Shown here: positions 52,540-64,000 of the stretch, piece by piece
Layout: every line of letters begins with the position of its first letter
How positions within the stretch are numbered: the stretch's first letter is position 1
Assembly (NCBI GenBank): GCA_951406725.2
Contig: OX597814.1
Coordinates: forward strand, 137,144,001-137,208,000
Source of the DNA: Octopus vulgaris
Lineage: Eukaryota
Length of the DNA stretch: 64,000 bases
Reading direction: 5' to 3'
The notes under the pieces: generated by a model
What the model was told of the DNA's origin: nothing
What the model saw: only the letters and a program-made list of their open reading frames with translations
Database searches by the model: none
Position numbers and translations under genes: made by a program

Positions 52540-54966
52540 AGTTCTTTAATTTCGTGATGTTAAGCTTCCTCGTCACTTTCTGACCCTGTGGTCTTCTCTT
52601 AGGTCGGATGTAGAAATCCATCCTGGAGATGATGAGGCGATGGTCCGTCCAGCAGTCAGCTCCGCACATGGCTTTGACTAGTCTCACGTCCCGCCTGTCT
52701 TTCGCCCTGACGATGACGTAGTCCATCAGATGCCAGTGTTTGGAGCGTGGATGCATCCATGATGTCTTGTTGCGTGTTGGCAGACGGAACTGCGGGCTCA
52801 CCAAAACGACACCACCTGCACGGCAAAGAAGGCCGCTTTCAACAACATTTGCAGCACAGTCCAGGCTAAACTCCGCCTCATGCAAGACGCATGGTTAAGC
52901 GCCAAGGCGGATGAGATTCAGGGATACGCAGACAAACACGACACCAAGAAATTCTACGAGGCGCTGAAAGCTGTCTATGGACCGCAGTTCTCCTTTGGAT
53001 CAACCCCCTGCTCAGCTCAGATGGAACCTCACTCCTGACTAACAAGAGGCTGATCCTGGAGAGATGGGCGGAGCACTTCAACATCGTGCTCAACCGACCA
53101 GCCCAGATCAACGAGGAAGCCATCGCACGACTCCCCCAGGTGCCGACAAACCACGGGTTGGCTGTTCCCCCTGCAGTCGAGGAAGTGAGCAGAGCCATCA
53201 AAAAAATGTCCACCGGCAAAGCTCCAGGCTCTGACGCCATCCCTGCAGAGGTGTTCAAGTTGGGCGGCCCCACCATGATCAGTCAGCTCACCAGCCTGTT
53301 CCAGTCGATGTGGGACAGGGAACAACTCCCTCAAGATTTCCGGGACGCAACAATCGTCCACATTTATAAGCGGAAAGGAGATCGGCAGTCCTGCGACAAC
53401 CACCGAGGTATTTCCCTCTTGTCCATAGCAGGCAAGATCCTGGCCCGGGTCCTGCTTGACCGCCTTCTGGAACACTTGGAGCAAGGCCTTCTCCCTGAGA
53501 GCCAGTGTGGCTTCCGTGCGGGTCGAGGGACCACTGACATGATATTCGCCGCCCGCCAGCTCCAGGAGAAATGCATGGAGCAGCACCTTGACCTCTGCAT
53601 GACCTTTGTTGACCTCACCAAGGCCTTTGATACAGTCAGTCGGGAGGGACTATGGAAGGTCATGGGAAAATTTGGTTGCCCCAGCAAATTTATTGCAATT
53701 GTCCGCCAGTTCCACGACGGAATGACAGCCAGAATCCTTGAAGACGGCGACTCATCTGAAGCCTTCCAGGTGACCAACGGAGTCAGGCAGGGCTGTGTCC
53801 TGGCCCCAACACTGTTCAGCATCATGTTCTCGGCAATGATGTCCGACGCCTTTAGGGACTGCAAGTCCGGTATCAACATCAAGTACAGGACAGACGGGAA
53901 ACTTTTCAACTCCAGGAGATTGCAGGCTGTCACAAAGGTGAGGGAGACAGTCGTCAGAGACTTTCTCTTTGCTGACGACTGCGCCCTTAATGCAATCGAT
54001 GAGCAGGAGATGCAGCTCGAGATGGACAGGTTCTCATCAGCCTGTGACAACTTCGGTCTCACCATCAGTGCAAAGAAAACCGAAGTGATGTTTCAGCCAG
54101 CCCCCGGCAAACAATACCATGAGCCTCAGATAAGGGTGAACGGACGGATCCTCCGAGTGGTGGAAAACTTCACCTACCTGGGCAGCACTCTCTCCTGCAA
54201 TGCCAACATAGATGCTGAAACCATCAACAGAATCTCCAAGGCAAGCAGCGCGTTTGGGAGACTGCGAAAGAAAGTCTGGGAGCGGAGAGGAATCAGCCTC
54301 AACACCAAGCTGAAAGTCTACCGGGCAGTCATGCTTACCACCCTACTATACGACTGCGAGACGTGGACTGCTTACCGAAGGCACGAGCGCCAGATAAACC
54401 ACTTCCATCTCAGGTGTCTTCGGAATCTCCTTCACATCCGCTGGCAGGACAAAGTCCCAGACACGGAAGTTCTGAAGCAGGCAGATCTCCCTAGCACCAT
54501 CACAATCATGCGCAAGGCCCAGCTGAGATGGGCGGGCCACGTCTCCGGCATGTCCGACACTCGCATCCCAAAACAGCTCTTCTACGGTGAACTCGGCCAG
54601 GGCAGGCGCAAAGTCGGAGGGCAGAAAAAGCGCTACAAGGATAGTCTCAAGGTCTCTCTCAAAGACTTCTCCATCGGAACAGAGACCTGGGAGACACTTG
54701 CTGCCAACCGCTCATCCTGGCGCAGTGCAATCACCGTGGGAGCAGGGACAGCCGAGGAGGGACGGATTCGGTCAGCGGAGCAGAAACGTCAGATGCGTAA
54801 AGTCAGAGCCGCCTGCACCAGTAGCACTGCCCCTACCCACTTCTGCCCCACCTGTGGGAGGGGCTTCCTTGCCCGGATTGGCCTCACCAGCCACCTCCGG
54901 TCTCATGGCGGCAGTTCCATCAGATGATGTCAGTTGGTCATCTTCGAACCGAAGGACGAACATTAT
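52540..54966 (+). mobile_element. Young 5'-truncated RTE-clade LINE with an inverted 5' segment (52540 to about 52789)
   Basis: GC-rich and CpG-intact. The RT ORF is on the plus strand and the endonuclease C-terminal motifs are on the minus strand. Short 3' UTR ending gaaggacgaacattattat; possible TSD tatgtata. Confidence 0.93.
53086..54927 (+). CDS. RTE reverse transcriptase with C-terminal C2H2 zinc finger; open but N-truncated, with a frameshift at about 53005
   Basis: GKAPGSDAIPAE, NHRGISLL, QCGFRAGRGT, FVDLTKAFDTV, GVRQGCVLAP, LFADD, FTYLGS and CPTCGRGFLARIGLTSHLRSH. Confidence 0.9.
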   Translation: MLNRPAQINEEAIARLPQVPTNHGLAVPPAVEEVSRAIKKMSTGKAPGSDAIPAEVFKLGGPTMISQLTSLFQSMWDREQLPQDFRDATIVHIYKRKGDRQSCDNHRGISLLSIAGKILARVLLDRLLEHLEQGLLPESQCGFRAGRGTTDMIFAARQLQEKCMEQHLDLCMTFVDLTKAFDTVSREGLWKVMGKFGCPSKFIAIVRQFHDGMTARILEDGDSSEAFQVTNGVRQGCVLAPTLFSIMFSAMMSDAFRDCKSGINIKYRTDGKLFNSRRLQAVTKVRETVVRDFLFADDCALNAIDEQEMQLEMDRFSSACDNFGLTISAKKTEVMFQPAPGKQYHEPQIRVNGRILRVVENFTYLGSTLSCNANIDAETINRISKASSAFGRLRKKVWERRGISLNTKLKVYRAVMLTTLLYDCETWTAYRRHERQINHFHLRCLRNLLHIRWQDKVPDTEVLKQADLPSTITIMRKAQLRWAGHVSGMSDTRIPKQLFYGELGQGRRKVGGQKKRYKDSLKVSLKDFSIGTETWETLAANRSSWRSAITVGAGTAEEGRIRSAEQKRQMRKVRAACTSSTAPTHFCPTCGRGFLARIGLTSHLRSHGGSSIR

Positions 54967-55144
54967 TATGTATATGTGTAGGTATGCCCATGTCGTAAGA
55001 AGCTTACTTCCCAACCACATGGTTTCAGATTCAATCTCACTGCATACCTTGGGCGAATGTCTTCTCTTATAGTCCTGTGAGTTTATATGGTAGATGGAAA
55101 CTGAAAGAAGACCATCATGTGTGTGTGTGTGAGTGTGTGTGTAT

Positions 55145-56085
55145 CAGCTGGAGTCAAAAGATTTTTCAAATTTTCCCTGTTATGTCATTAATTTCATACA
55201 ATTTGTCCAACCAGTTGCTGAATTGTTTATTCTTTATTTTCATATGCAGCATATAAACATTAATTGTTTATTTTTTATTTTACAGATGTGATAATAAGTA
55301 GTGAAAAAATTGCAATTAAAGACGTTTTATGATACCTGTGGAAAAAAGGATTGAGTGCAAGGGTACCAGCAAAAGATTTTAATGATGTAGAAATCCTAGT
55401 AACAGTCAACAAACATGTGGCACAAAACTGGTTCAGACATTTCAAGGAAGGTGTCAGCAGCCTCAAAGACAAACCAAGGTCAGGGAGACTTTCTGTTGTA
55501 GATGATGAGGCCTTGTTTGAAATGATTAAAAGACACTCAGGCACGAGCACTTGCACACTGTTAGAAGAACTTGGTCCTTCACAAAGCACCATCAATTGAC
55601 ACATCCATAATCAGACTTTGTGAACAAATACTGTCAAGATATTCCTCATGAACTGACCAATGACCAGGTTCAACAGTGTATGAACATTTGCAAACAGCTG
55701 CTGGCAAATCCCTAAGATGCTCGTTTTTGGCACTGAGTTGCAACTGGGAATAGAAAGTTTATCTATTTTCATAATCCTAATAAGAGAAACCAGTAGTTTC
55801 GTCCAGACTCTGTTGTCAAATAAGGGCGGTTTGAATATGTGTATTTGGTGGAATTTCAAAGGGATGTTGCACTTTAAGCTTGTCCCAGATGGTTTTGCTG
55901 TGAGTTCTAAACTCAACAACTGCAGTGAGTATATGATGTTTTCAAATCCAACTACCTAGCATTGGTCAATCAAAGACACACAGTCTTACAGCATGACAAT
56001 GCTCCAGAATACACTATCAATGTGACTAAGCATGAACTTGAAGAGCTGGAAATGATGCCTCATCTTGCCTACACTCCAGATACTG
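55145..56085 (+). mobile_element. Decayed mariner element, truncated by a LINE fragment
   Basis: WFRHFKEG, LKDKPRSGR, CIWWNFKGMLHF, LQHDNAP and PHLAYTPD remnants. Confidence 0.85.
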
Positions 56086-56099
56086 TGGGTGCCAGAACT

Positions 56100-57260
56100 G
56101 CTAGATAACATGATTTAAACGTGTCCCATACATAACCTGCTGTTACCTCTATTGGTAACTGAAAGTCTCTCAGAATGAAAGTGGACTATGATACTTGTGT
56201 AGAAACTACATGATAGTGAAACATAGACTGTGGATACAGAAAATATATTTAAAAATATCTAAAATATCTAAAAAGCTAGTTGATGAATGGCTTGTGAGTG
56301 AAAAATGTCAGCAAAGTGGGTGAAACTGTCAGTGAAGTGAGAGAGCTAGCAATGGCAAAAAATGTAGAGTGCATGTGATGGTCAACCAGGGTCCAGTTTT
56401 CAGTCCTCTTCTATTTATCATTGTCCTCTAAGTCATAACAGAATAGTTCAAAACTAGCTGTCCATGGAAACTCCTATATGCTGATGACTTCATTCTTAAA
56501 GTTGAAATTTTTGTAGGGTTAGAGAAGAAATTCCAGGCATGGAAGGAAAACTTGGAATCAAAGGGCCTCAGAATTAACTTAACAAAAACTAAAGTATTAT
56601 TAAGCAGGAAAACAGGTGGGCCTCTGCTATCATCAGGTGGCTTTGCTTGATATGTGAAAAAGGAGTGGGTAGAAATTCAGTACAGTGTATCTAATGCAAA
56701 CTAAGCACACGAAAGAGGTGCAGTGGAATCATAGGCAGATTATCAGAGAAAGAAGACTGTATGTGACAGTTTCACAGAAGCAATAAGCACCAAGAGTGCA
56801 AGGGAAATAATGCTCTTAAATTCTCAGGAGGATACCTAGCTATAGTAGAAAAGCTTCTCTGTGATCCAGGTGACTGTCTTAACAATAGAGGAGGATGTTC
56901 TCAAAGTATAGAAGCTAGAGAACAGGATGGAGAAAGTTCTGGGAGTTATTACCATTGTTCATAACAAAAGCTCTCTTGCTCTCAGTGTGAAGTGCATGAA
57001 CAATGGAGTACAGAAAATCCCTCTGTAAAGGAATCAGATATTTATGTGCAAGAGAGAAGACTGGTTGGTAAGGGGATATGATGTGTATGGATAAGGGCAG
57101 CTGTATAAAAAGTGCCAATCAGTTACATTGGCTAGAACATGTGGAAGAAAGAAGCCCAAGATGTGGTATGAAGTGGTGAAACCTGATCTCAGGATATTGA
57201 ACTTCACAGAGGAGATGACTGAAAACTGAGATGACAGGAGATATATAATTCTCGAGAAGA
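56100..57260 (+). mobile_element. Decayed RTE-like LINE RT fragment; related pieces at about 11900-12130, 12900-13100 and 23380-23640
   Basis: QGPVFSPLLFIIVL, PWKLLYADD, LESKGLRINLTKTKV and GVGRNSVQC...KRCSGI. Confidence 0.78.
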
Positions 57261-58092
57261 CCTATTTCCTACATATGCATAATGAAACTGATGTTAAATT
57301 GTGGTAAAGATGGAAGCTGAGAGTATGTGTATGCATATATCTAAGTCCTTTGCCTAATTTGTCCCTGTCAAGTACACACCTGCTGTACCCCTTATCCCTC
57401 CATCACATTTCTATCTACTGTTTTATTCTACTGCTGTATTTAATGAAAGCCGAGCCCATTACTACATTCATCATTCCTCTTTGTGTTCTTCCACTCATCA
57501 TTCCCTCTCCATCAAGCCACTTTCTCCTGTCCATCCTCAATCTTACTATCCCATTTGTACACCATTAACCTGCTATCTGCCTAAGACTACCACCACTCCC
57601 ATTTTTATCCATCATTCACTTCCACCACCAACCCTGCTTTTACAACCTCTACCTACTCTTACTAATCCTCTGTTACCACACACTCTTCCTATTCACCAAC
57701 TTGGCCATGTTATCCCAAGAGTATACTGTAGCTCCTTGTACCATCATCTTTATCTCATCTTTCTGGCACCACTCTACCCATCCCTGCCTGTCTATACATA
57801 TTGCAAGATATCCTTAAATCTTTTATTCTCTCCCTCTCTCCATTTTGCTCTCTGATTAACTTACATTAACTCCTAATACTACTCTTTCTCTTTCCCTTCT
57901 ATTAGTCCCTTCCTTAGCATTGTTTGCTAGTTTCTCCTCTATCACCCTATGCCAACAATAAACCTATTCCTCCCATTATACTTTTAACTTATCAAATATC
58001 TCACCTACGATCAATATCCTTTTTTCCTAATCTCCTTCTCTGACATAGAAGTTCTTTAGTCTTGCAAGCTCTAAGGTGACCTCAACAGTACT

Positions 58093-58127
<35 letters not shown>

Positions 58128-58452
58128 TGGCATGATTGTGAGGCCCAACTATGCACCAATACAATGATTTGAAATGTGTGCAGGATGTCTGAAGGTAAAA
58201 CTTCCACTGTTTGTTCCTGGAAAGTCTAGCCTTCTAGCTCACCAAATTTAAATGCATGACTTTTGGATACAAGGTGTCATTAAGAACAAATGTCACTTCT
58301 ACAACATCCCACGGCAGTGTTACTACAGAAAAAATTACTGCTAGGAAGGTCTATCAAAATAGATGAGACAAAGAAGGTATGCTCAAACTCTTATAGCCAT
58401 CATCTTTATACATTTGTGTGTGAGTGTCTCTATAGATATACACTCCCTTAGG

Positions 58453-58780
58453 GTGAAGGCGCGTGGCTTAGTGGTTAGGGCATTTGGCTCACGATCATAA
58501 GGTTGTGAGTTCAATTCCCGGCTACATGTTGTGTCCTTGAGCAAGACACTTTATTTCACATTGCTTCAGTCCACTCAGCTGGCAAAAATGGGTAGTACCT
58601 GTATTTCAAAGGGCTAGCTTTGTCACACTCTGTGTCTCGCCAAATCTCTCTGAGAACTATACGTTAAGGGTACATGTGTCTGTGGAGTGCTCAACCACTT
58701 ACGCGTTAATTTCGCGAGCAAGGTGTTCTGTTGATCATATCACCTGGGACCTTCATCATCGTTACCAATGGAGTGCTTCT
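58453..58780 (+). mobile_element. tRNA-derived SINE, third family; minus-strand copies at about 38962-39255 and 39670-39888
   Basis: ggcgcgtggcttagtggttagg (A box), gagttcaattccc (B box) and a gtgtccttgagcaagacactt core. Confidence 0.82.
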
Positions 58781-61158
58781 CTCTCTCACACTCCCATACA
58801 AACATAAAAATATATATGGATGCTTGTGTGTGTATGTATGTGATCATTATCATTTTAATGTCCACTTTTGCATGTTTACATGAATTAGATGGAATTCATT
58901 GAGGGAGATTTACCTGTTTCTAAGCATGGTAATATTTACCCATAGCCAGATCTTTCACAGAAGATTGGAAATAAATAACACCACTTGTGTGACAGTGATA
59001 CATGTTTACAACTATGGAGTGATTTCAAGACAAAGAGACAAACACACACACATTGGATTTCTTTCAGTTTTCCATCTACCAAATCCATTCACATAGTTAT
59101 CTTTTATCAACCCATTTGTTTTACAGACATAGTGTATCAATGATTACATTATCTAATGTATCATTTCTTTAAGGTGGTAGGTAGGATTTGGAAGAATTAT
59201 AGCAACTATTACTAGGATGTCAAATGACCATATAAAAGCTTCCTGATTAGCTAAATATGTATTTTGGGTGTGCTGTGATTGAGCAGACTTATGTCAAAGC
59301 ATTTAACTCATCTTAATCTCAATTCATTTTGAGGAATGTTGTTGCCTTGACTACATTATCAAACACATCTGTTTTAAGATAGCAGAGTACAACTTACAAA
59401 AATTTACCTGATTTTTCTAACAGGTTCAGCTACCACAAAATGGCTGACCTATTGACTCACTTGAATCTGTTTTTAGAATCAGTGTATGTGGGTGGTAGAT
59501 CAGTGGTTAAGATCTAGGCAAAAAGTGACTTGATTACAAAGATTTTGATTATAACTACTTTCTCAAAAAACGTTAATAGGTGCAAGAAGCTTTCATGCGA
59601 TGGACAAAAAGCCTTGAGGTATATTTAACCACTTGCATTTAAATTCTGAGAGGTTTGATTTGCTTTTCCATACTTCCATGATTGATATATGTAATAGCTA
59701 AGTACAGGGATCAATATAATTGACAATATTCTCCCATGAAATCAATGGCATCATTTGAAGGAGAAAAATCTATTTACCTTATCGTATCTTCTAAATCATG
59801 ATATTTTTAAACTATAAAATATATATCACTTTCAAGCGACCTTTCTTCCTAATATTCAAAAATGAAGACCATGTATTTTGAGAACATCATTTTATTAAAT
59901 TATTTATATAGAAATTACTTATATAGTATTGCCAATGAAAGTGGTAGTAGTTCATTTATCTTGTCATGGGAATTACAATATGTTCTTGCTCAAGACTCTT
60001 AACTCACAAATGGCTCAGTCTGATAAGCTATAATGTAGATTTTACCTGTGTAAATAACTTTCTAATTTTTAATTTTAAAAAAATAATTGTTTTTACTTTC
60101 TTTTCTATATAAGTAGTTGTTTCTTATTTAGGTGTAAGAAAGAAATTTTGAGGGGAGGATTTTAGTTAATTCCATTGAAAAATCTTATCCAGAAACTGCA
60201 AACCATGAAACCTATGCTCTATTTTCCAAAAATAATTTACTCAACAGAATTACTGAAAAGAGCCCTTTTCATATTCATAAAACTTATAAGATCTACAAAT
60301 ACTTCAATCTTTCCAATTTTACAAACCAAAAACACTCCCACAACTGGATTTTTATCCTCCTTTCCTTTATCTACCTACTGCCGTCACCTGTTTGCTTTGT
60401 CCATCTTTTTTTGCCAATAACATTTATTTTTTATCTATCACTTGTTTCAGTCATTAGACTGCAACCATACTGGAGTATCCCCTTGAAAAATAAAGAAAAA
60501 ATAAAACCAAATCAACCCCAGTACTTATGTAAACACTTTGTAACATACCAATGTATTCAGTACGTACATGTACTTAATATAACATGAAAACTGTAGATAT
60601 ATTTTATATAAGATAACAACAATCGTGCTTACAGGAAAATATAACAGTCATTGATGTACGAAATGAAATTCATAATAATTTTTCTTGGTCTCTAAATTTG
60701 GACTCTAAATTTGCTGTACATGCTCATGAAGGTATGGTATAAATAAATCACCACTAATCCCCCATTGTCACCTAAGTTTCTTCTTAGTGATATCCATCAC
60801 CCTTCTGTGGTCCACCTATGGATGTTATCATTTAGATCAACAAAATTGAGTGACTGGTTGAGAACCTCATAACAATAAAAGTTGCTGAGATCCACATAGG
60901 AAACCCACCCATCGGATTCCAAATGTGTTTTATGAAATTTTAGTATGTAACCGTTGTAACTTCCAGTTTCTATCGCAATACTTTCATTTATTTTGGGGTC
61001 AATTTACTTTCACTATTTTAGGATGGCAAACTGCAAGTTAACCCTTATTCTATTGAGCTCTTACTAAGTTACGGGGACATACTACATCAACGCTAGTTGT
61101 CAAGTTACGGGAACATAATACATTTACACCAGTTGTCAAGCGGTGGTGGCACACACAC

Positions 61159-61680
61159 ATAAGTTGGTCAATGTTTCAAGCTTTAAATATTCTTTCATGC
61201 CTTTATTTGGAGTTATACAAGTGCCTACAACCAAACTGTAGTGCACCTGTGCACTACACACAATAATTTCATTATATTAAATACAGGTAATAGAATGTAG
61301 GTAAAAAGAAATAGGTGACAAGTATATACAATAGGTTGGATAATCAATAAGTGTGTGAGTAATCAATAAACATACACGGATGGATAAAAAAAAAGGTGAA
61401 GAGTGAATTTAATAGGTGGATATATATATATATATACAAGCTTCTTTCAGTTTCCATCGACTCAATTCACTTTTCACTTTCTTTTATTCATTCGCATGTT
61501 TATTGATTAAATAATTGCAACTACTTCCAGTTACACACTTACTTGATAATCCAACCTACTTCTGAATATACTTGTTACCTATTTCTTTTTACCTATATCC
61601 TTTCACCTGTATTTGGTTGCTGGCACTCATATAATTCTGAATAAATGGATGAAAGAATATTTTATGCTTGACCAGCTTAA
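61159..61680. repeat. Diverged inverted repeat with ~220-250-bp arms and a ~55-bp spacer
   Basis: aaatacaggt..taggtaaaaagaaataggtgacaagtatat..taggttggat matches the reverse complement of atccaaccta..atatacttgttacctatttctttttaccta..acctgtattt. Confidence 0.8.
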
Positions 61681-61955
61681 ATTAGGATCAAATTTGCAGT
61701 GAATGAAAGCCTCAAATATGGAAGAAAATATTTCATATGCTTTCCTTCACTTGATTATTAAGTATATTGTGTAAACAATGTCCCAGATATATTTCCTTTT
61801 TAAACAATTTTCTTTCACTCTGCAAAATAAGAGATGTCTGTATGTAATTACACACCAGTTTGTTTGCAAATAAATTATGCTTCTGCCTAAGAACCACAAA
61901 TAAAAAAGTAAACGATATCTTGAATTGTTTTCAGTACTTGATCATGAAAAAATGG

Positions 61956-63390
61956 TTAATATAAAGATTTGCTCCCGTTAGTGAAAGAAAAAAATACAGC
62001 CTGCTAGGTGTTAAAAACTGTGCAGAAAACGAATATAAAAAAAATTTGTGCAAACGAATGTGGGGAGGGGAGTGGACTTTCGGAAAATTCAAAAGATCCG
62101 ATTTTTCCCTCAAAACTTTCAGAAAAATGGATATATATTGATGAGATTTTATAGAAATACCGTCCAAATTGCACAAATTACGAGTATAATGACATTTCTG
62201 GGGAAATTTTTTTCCGAAGGGATGGGGAGAGGACTGTCGGAAAATTCGCACAATCCGTTTTTTCCCCCTCATAATTTTCAGGAAAATGGATATCTTTTGA
62301 TGAAATTTTACGGAAACTTCTTTCAAACAACATAGATTATGATTATAAAGAAATTTGTGGGGAAAATGTTTTCCGAAGGAGTGGGAAGAGGACTGTCGGA
62401 AAGTTCACACGATCCGTTTTTTCTACCTCATAATTTTCAGGGTCTAGTTTAGCGTCGATCACAAAAACTTTTTTTTTTTCCACCGGATTCCTGTTTTCGA
62501 TGACGGAGATTCCGAATATGCAAAAGCTACGTTTTCAAAAATTCTAATTCCACCCCACTCCCAAATTTTTTATTTTAACTTTTTTCGAATATTTTTTTTT
62601 CAATCTACGAGGGAAAATATGGAGATGAGGGGAAAACATTTTGATTTCAAATTTTTTATGAAAAACTCTGAAATTGATCAACACCTCACCACCTCATCCC
62701 GCTGTCTAAAAGTGAAAATGTTTTGTCCGTTTCCGCATGCGTAGATTTATAGTGAAACAGCAAAAGGATCACATGTGAAGCCCTCACCATGAAACTCGAA
62801 ATGCTAAAAATAACAGCTAAATGTCTGGAGAATTTTTGTGTTTCTGTGTGCGTGCGTGCAACAATTTCTACAGCTTATCCGAATGAACAGAGAAAGAAGT
62901 ACACAAAATATATTTGATATACCTGTCGCATACGTCGGGGGTTTTTTTCGCTTGAAAGCTAAACGGCTCTGATAGAAGCAATTACCTTACTGTCACTTCA
63001 TCGGAGTAATCCCAGCAAAGTACTACTAGTTTAGTCACTGGATCAGCACTTATGTTTGTGTTCTTCATTCCAAAATTAAAAAAAACTTTCGTGTCGACTT
63101 TCTGACAGTCCTCTCCCCACCCTTTCGGAAAACATTTCCCCCGCAAATTTCTTTAATAATCGCAATCTATGCTGTTTGAAAAGTGTTTCTGTAAAATTTC
63201 ATCAATATATATCCATTTTCCTGAAAGTTATGAGGGAAAAATCGGATCTTGTGAATTTTCCGAAAGTCCTCTCCCCACCTACCACGTTCGTTTGCACCAT
63301 TTTTTTTTTTCATATTCGTTTTCTACAGTTTTTAACACCCAGCAGATTGATCTTTTTTTTTCCGTTAACGGGAGTCAATCTTTATATTAA
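61956..63390. mobile_element. Foldback-like element, or two facing copies, with ~300-bp inverted arms built from ~160-bp subrepeats
   Basis: ttaatataaagatttgctcccgtta... versus ...taacgggagtcaatctttatattaa. The left arm has about 2.4 tandem units (about 62062-62441) and the right arm about 1.2 units. Confidence 0.78.
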
Positions 63391-64000
63391 CGGGAAAAGG
63401 TGTGTCTATATTTCCAGGTTTCTAAGAAAGTAAAAGTTTCTACTTGTTAAAAGTGCCGCGCAAACCAAAAATTGAAAGTATTTTCTGCAAAATGAACTTA
63501 GGAACGAAAGTAAGATGGTGAAAAGTAGAGTGCTAGATAAAATATTCAGTCTGACGCTATCATTGAAGTTGGACCCATCAAACATTTCGGCTACATACCT
63601 AATTTACATGAGTAAAACGTAATAGCTATTAACATTCGATACACCGAAGAGTATCGAATATTTATAGAAGAGAGAACAACTTACAGCAAATACACGAAAC
63701 AATTATTATTCTGAAAAATTCATTTCAGTCACCAACATTTATTTTGCTTTCACTTTATATTTGTTTTTTTTTTAAGATTTTTTTAATTACCAAGCATTTA
63801 GTGTTTCCATCGGCTTACTGTCATCCAAAGCTCGATCATTATTCCAGTCATCTAACTGTATTTTCCTAAGGTTCCAATCTTTCTACATGCCTTACAAGGA
63901 AGACGTGACATTTAACTACATTAAAAAATTTCCCGGAGACAATATAAACTGTAAAGTTGAGAGATTTGTAGCATTTCTCTGCAAGGCTTACATACAGTAT

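Noticed and set aside
52878-55072. Several minus-strand ORFs of 64-233 aa, and a 161-aa plus-strand ORF
   Set aside because: They are shadow frames of the GC-rich RTE ORF.
58453-58530. tRNA-like sequence with A and B boxes
   Set aside because: It continues into a SINE body present in several copies and has no intact acceptor stem. The same applies to the other SINE heads.

Overview
AT-rich, repeat-dense eukaryotic DNA. The SINE families, microsatellite load and gene structure suggest an octopus or other coleoid cephalopod; this is inference, not a search result. Two protein-coding genes are supported, both on the minus strand. (1) The first five coding exons of a VPS9D1-like gene (28643 to 4534, continuing off the left edge), assembled by hand with consistent GT-AG phases; exons 2 and 3 are not in the ORF track in their coding frame. 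(2) A GFOD1-like gene with an intronless CDS (44710 to 43526). The rest is mostly mobile DNA: tRNA-derived and RTE-tail SINEs, a young RTE LINE, two decayed Penelope-like elements, four Tc1/mariner relics, a deleted Gypsy element, non-autonomous Helitrons, and hAT, piggyBac and TcMar MITEs. The most interesting observations are a twin-priming-type 5' inversion in the RTE LINE, a minimal hammerhead ribozyme with a compensatory U3-A8 core, a Gypsy fragment bracketed by ~100-bp inverted repeats, a 1.4-kb foldback around a candidate promoter, and inverted SINE pairs around VPS9D1 exons 2-3. No new multi-gene system is evident. Coordinates were counted by eye, and boundaries of decayed repeats are approximate.
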